Part shown: positions 63,185 through 64,000 of the stretch, piece by piece
Numbering within the stretch: the first letter of the stretch is position 1
How the letters are laid out: the number at the start of each line of letters is the position of its first letter
Assembly (NCBI RefSeq): GCF_963921235.1
Contig: NC_086097.1
Coordinates: 189,970,001 to 190,034,000, forward strand
DNA: 64,000 nucleotides
Source: Mobula hypostoma
Taxonomy: Eukaryota
Direction: 5' to 3'
Position numbers and translations under genes: made by a program
The notes under the pieces: model-generated
The model's input: the letters and a program-made list of their open reading frames with translations, nothing else
Told to the model about the DNA's origin: nothing
Databases searched by the model: none

Positions 63185-63302
63185 CACTTCAAATTTCAGG
63201 ATGGCAGATTTCCCTGGAGCTCTCACAGCTGCTCGCAAACCAATGTGGCTCTTATCAAGTATGGCATCAAACTCCTTTCTTTTAAAATCCGACTTGGTGC
63301 TT
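63185..63302 (-). CDS. Putative internal coding exon of the same gene (xSTKSDFKRKEFDAILDKSHIGLRAAVRAPGKSAILKFEV)
   Basis: Pyrimidine tract then ctgaag|AAGC acceptor; donor GTG|gtaatt; 118 nt; protein-like composition; 665-nt GT-AG intron to the next exon. Confidence 0.62.
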
Positions 63303-63589
63303 CTTCAGTTTCAGTAACACAAGGCAAAGGACACAATGCTGTGTTTGTGTTATAGTGAATTAGAACAAAATTTGAATTAAAGTACAAAAACAAAAAAAGT
63401 TGAACATTGGAAAACTGAAAGAAAAAGCAGCGAATTTTGGCATTCTCAGTAAGGCAAAACAGTGTAATGATATTTGCCATTCATGTAGCTCTTACAGTAC
63501 ATAAAACTCGTAATGAATTAAGCAAACAAAGAATGCTTAATCAAAAAAAAATATTTACAATAGAACTCTAATACAACTGAAATAATAAA

Positions 63590-63990
63590 TACACCAGTTG
63601 GGCCTTGAGGACTTGAGTTATAGGGAAGGTTGAATACGTTACATGTTTATTCCCTAGAAAGTAGAAGATTGAGGGGAGATTTGATAGAGATACAAAATTA
63701 TGAGGGATATAGCAGGCATTTTCCACTGAGGTTACCTGATCTGACAACTAGAGGTCATGAGTTAAGGGTAAAAGGTGAAATGTTTAAGTGGGAACATGAA
63801 GGTGAACATCTTCACTCTAAAGGGTGGTGAGAGTGTGGAACTGGCAGCCATTGCAAGTGGTAGATGCATGGTCAATATCAACTTTTAAGTGAAGTTGGGA
63901 TAGATACCTAAATGAGAGGGCTATAGTCTGGGTGCAGATCAATGGGACTAGACAGATTAATGGTTCAGCACGGACTAGATGGGCCATAGG
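63590..63990 (+). mobile_element. Degraded CR1 3' fragment (intronic if the gene call is right)
   Basis: YSLESRRLRGDLIE..TTRGHELRVKGEMFK. Confidence 0.88.
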
Positions 63991-64000
63991 AGGGATACTG

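Noticed and set aside
62435..63258. Plus-strand exon pair 62435-62525 and 63200-63258 (NHFVRLYNRPP..PA|GWQISLELSQLL..)
   Set aside because: Phase-compatible, but the donors (gtgcat, gtatgg) are weak. The minus-strand model has a better donor, a more protein-like product, and explains the stops in the duplicate. Not formally excluded.

Overview
Vertebrate nuclear DNA, largely made of decayed and nested transposable elements. The repeat mix resembles a cartilaginous fish, probably a ray (my inference from the repeat families, not demonstrated). Nearly all long ORFs in the track are retroelement ORFs or their antisense shadows. Elements present: CR1 LINEs (one full-length with an esterase-type ORF1), Penelope-like elements (RT + GIY-YIG), Rex1/Babar fragments, RTE/BovB-like, Tx1-like and RNase H-bearing LINE remnants, a Tc1 transposon, two TA-flanked MITEs and tRNA-derived SINEs. 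The main hidden structure is a set of minimal type I hammerhead ribozyme motifs in the Penelope terminal repeats: one fully canonical copy at 50871-50906 (-), about ten variants, and an inverted pair. Host coding sequence appears limited to two in-frame minus-strand exons near the right end (63302-63185 and 62519-62397). These are probably the 3' end of a gene I cannot name, and a decayed copy of part of the last exon lies just downstream. No CRISPR array, rRNA, true tRNA gene or prokaryote-type system is supported. Boundaries of old elements are approximate; TSD and TIR coordinates were read directly.
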